Assembly (NCBI RefSeq): GCF_009834535.1
Contig: NC_045696.1
Span: 38,690,001 to 38,754,000, forward strand
Reading direction: 5' to 3'
DNA length: 64,000 bases
DNA from: Camelus ferus
Lineage: Eukaryota
The notes below the pieces were generated by a model, which made no database searches, was not told the DNA's origin, and saw nothing but the letters and a program-made list of their open reading frames with translations. The translations under genes were made by a program, and so were the position numbers. Shown here piece after piece: positions 62,887-64,000 of the stretch (position 1 is the first letter of the stretch; every line of letters begins with the position of its first letter).

Positions 62887-64000
62887 CCTCAAAAATTATT
62901 CAGAAACAGTGTGAGAAAAGCCACACTACAATTTTGAATCTTGGCAAGTCAATTTTGGAAAGACAAAAATAAACCTACTTCAAACATTAACCTCAAAGGG
63001 TAACATTAGAAGTAAGTATTGCAGTAAATACTACTTTTGTAGTTTCTAAATTTTGTCCCAAAAGCACTTCTTCATTGATGCAGAAATAATAAAAAAAATT
63101 ATTATCTAGTTATAAATACTGTATATTCTGATTTTTTAAAGCTATGACTTCTTTTTTTTCTTTTAATATCTCACAACCGTTTTGCTTCCCTGAATTGAAT
63201 CTTGTCCTGCAAAACGTTGTTCACAATGGTCAAATTAACTACCATTCAATGAACACATTAGACCTGTCACTGTCTACTTTGTGACTCTCTGGCACCCTAA
63301 ATTAAAGAAATCTTCCCTAGACTGAGGCAACTGCTTCATAACTGCTCTTCCTGCTGTCACTCTTGCTCTCACCACAACCCATTCTTCATACTCAGCCAGA
63401 ATGATCTTTATTAAAAAAAAAAAAAATTGCAAACTGCACTCAGGGAGAAAAATCTAAAGTCTTTACTTTGGTCCACAATGCCTTTAATGATCTGGACCCT
63501 GCTTAGCTTTCAGATGTTGTTTTCCATCTTTCCCCTTCTAATCCGCTGTTCCAGACTAGCTGCATGCTTTGAACACGCCAAGCTCACTTCTGCTCAGAGC
63601 TCCATATGTTCTCATTTACTGCCACCACCTTCCCAAATACCCTCACGAGACTGGCTTCTGAAAACCTGAAAACCCTGCCTAAATCTAAAGTAACCCTCCT
63701 CCTCACCCTCAGACAGTCTTTATCCTGTACCTTTGTTCTGCTTTCTTTCCTTGTATATATAGTTCTGTGAAATCATGTAGGGTTTGTTCCTATGTGTTCA
63801 GAATATTCTGCATCAAGGAAGTTCTAGCATGTATGGAAGTAAGAACTCAGTAGAGAGTTGCTTTATAAGTGAATGAACCATTTTAAGCAACAGTATCATT
63901 GAAGTGATACCATACTAGCATTTCTGGAATTTCCAGTTTTACTTATGCCTTTATTTTGGGACATTAACAAATGCAGATTATTCAGACCAAATAAATGTAT

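Noticed and set aside
42860..64000. Search for the next EPHA6 exons (kinase insert, PVMIVxEYMENG)
   Set aside because: Not found by eye. They probably lie beyond the window.
1..64000. CRISPR arrays, rRNA, operons, CpG-island promoter
   Set aside because: No regularly spaced repeats, rRNA motifs or CpG island. The sequence is CpG-depleted mammalian intron.

Overview
Mammalian genomic DNA, AT-rich and about 99% intronic. It holds four consecutive + strand coding exons of the receptor tyrosine kinase gene EPHA6: 7240-7348 (transmembrane), 11051-11121, 15466-15591 (juxtamembrane tyrosines) and 42674-42859 (kinase N-lobe). All have canonical AG/GT borders and splice in frame (109+71+126+186 = 492 nt). 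The rest is mostly transposon debris: a decayed, near full-length L1 (~56255-61743), several 5'-truncated L1s, many solo LTRs (some nested, with visible target-site duplications, TSDs), MIR/L2/CR1 relics and hAT MITEs. One tRNA-Ala-derived SINE resembles the camelid Vic-1 family, suggesting a camel or alpaca genome. Repeat family names are recalled from memory, not from a database search. I found no solid evidence of a new biological system. The best leads are untested isoform hypotheses: (1) a sense LTR with an intact TATA box and an in-frame ATG plus donor that could drive an ectodomain-less EPHA6; (2) inverted L1s flanking two exons whose 312-nt back-splice circle would have a stop-free reading frame; (3) a candidate poison or terminal exon at 500-623.
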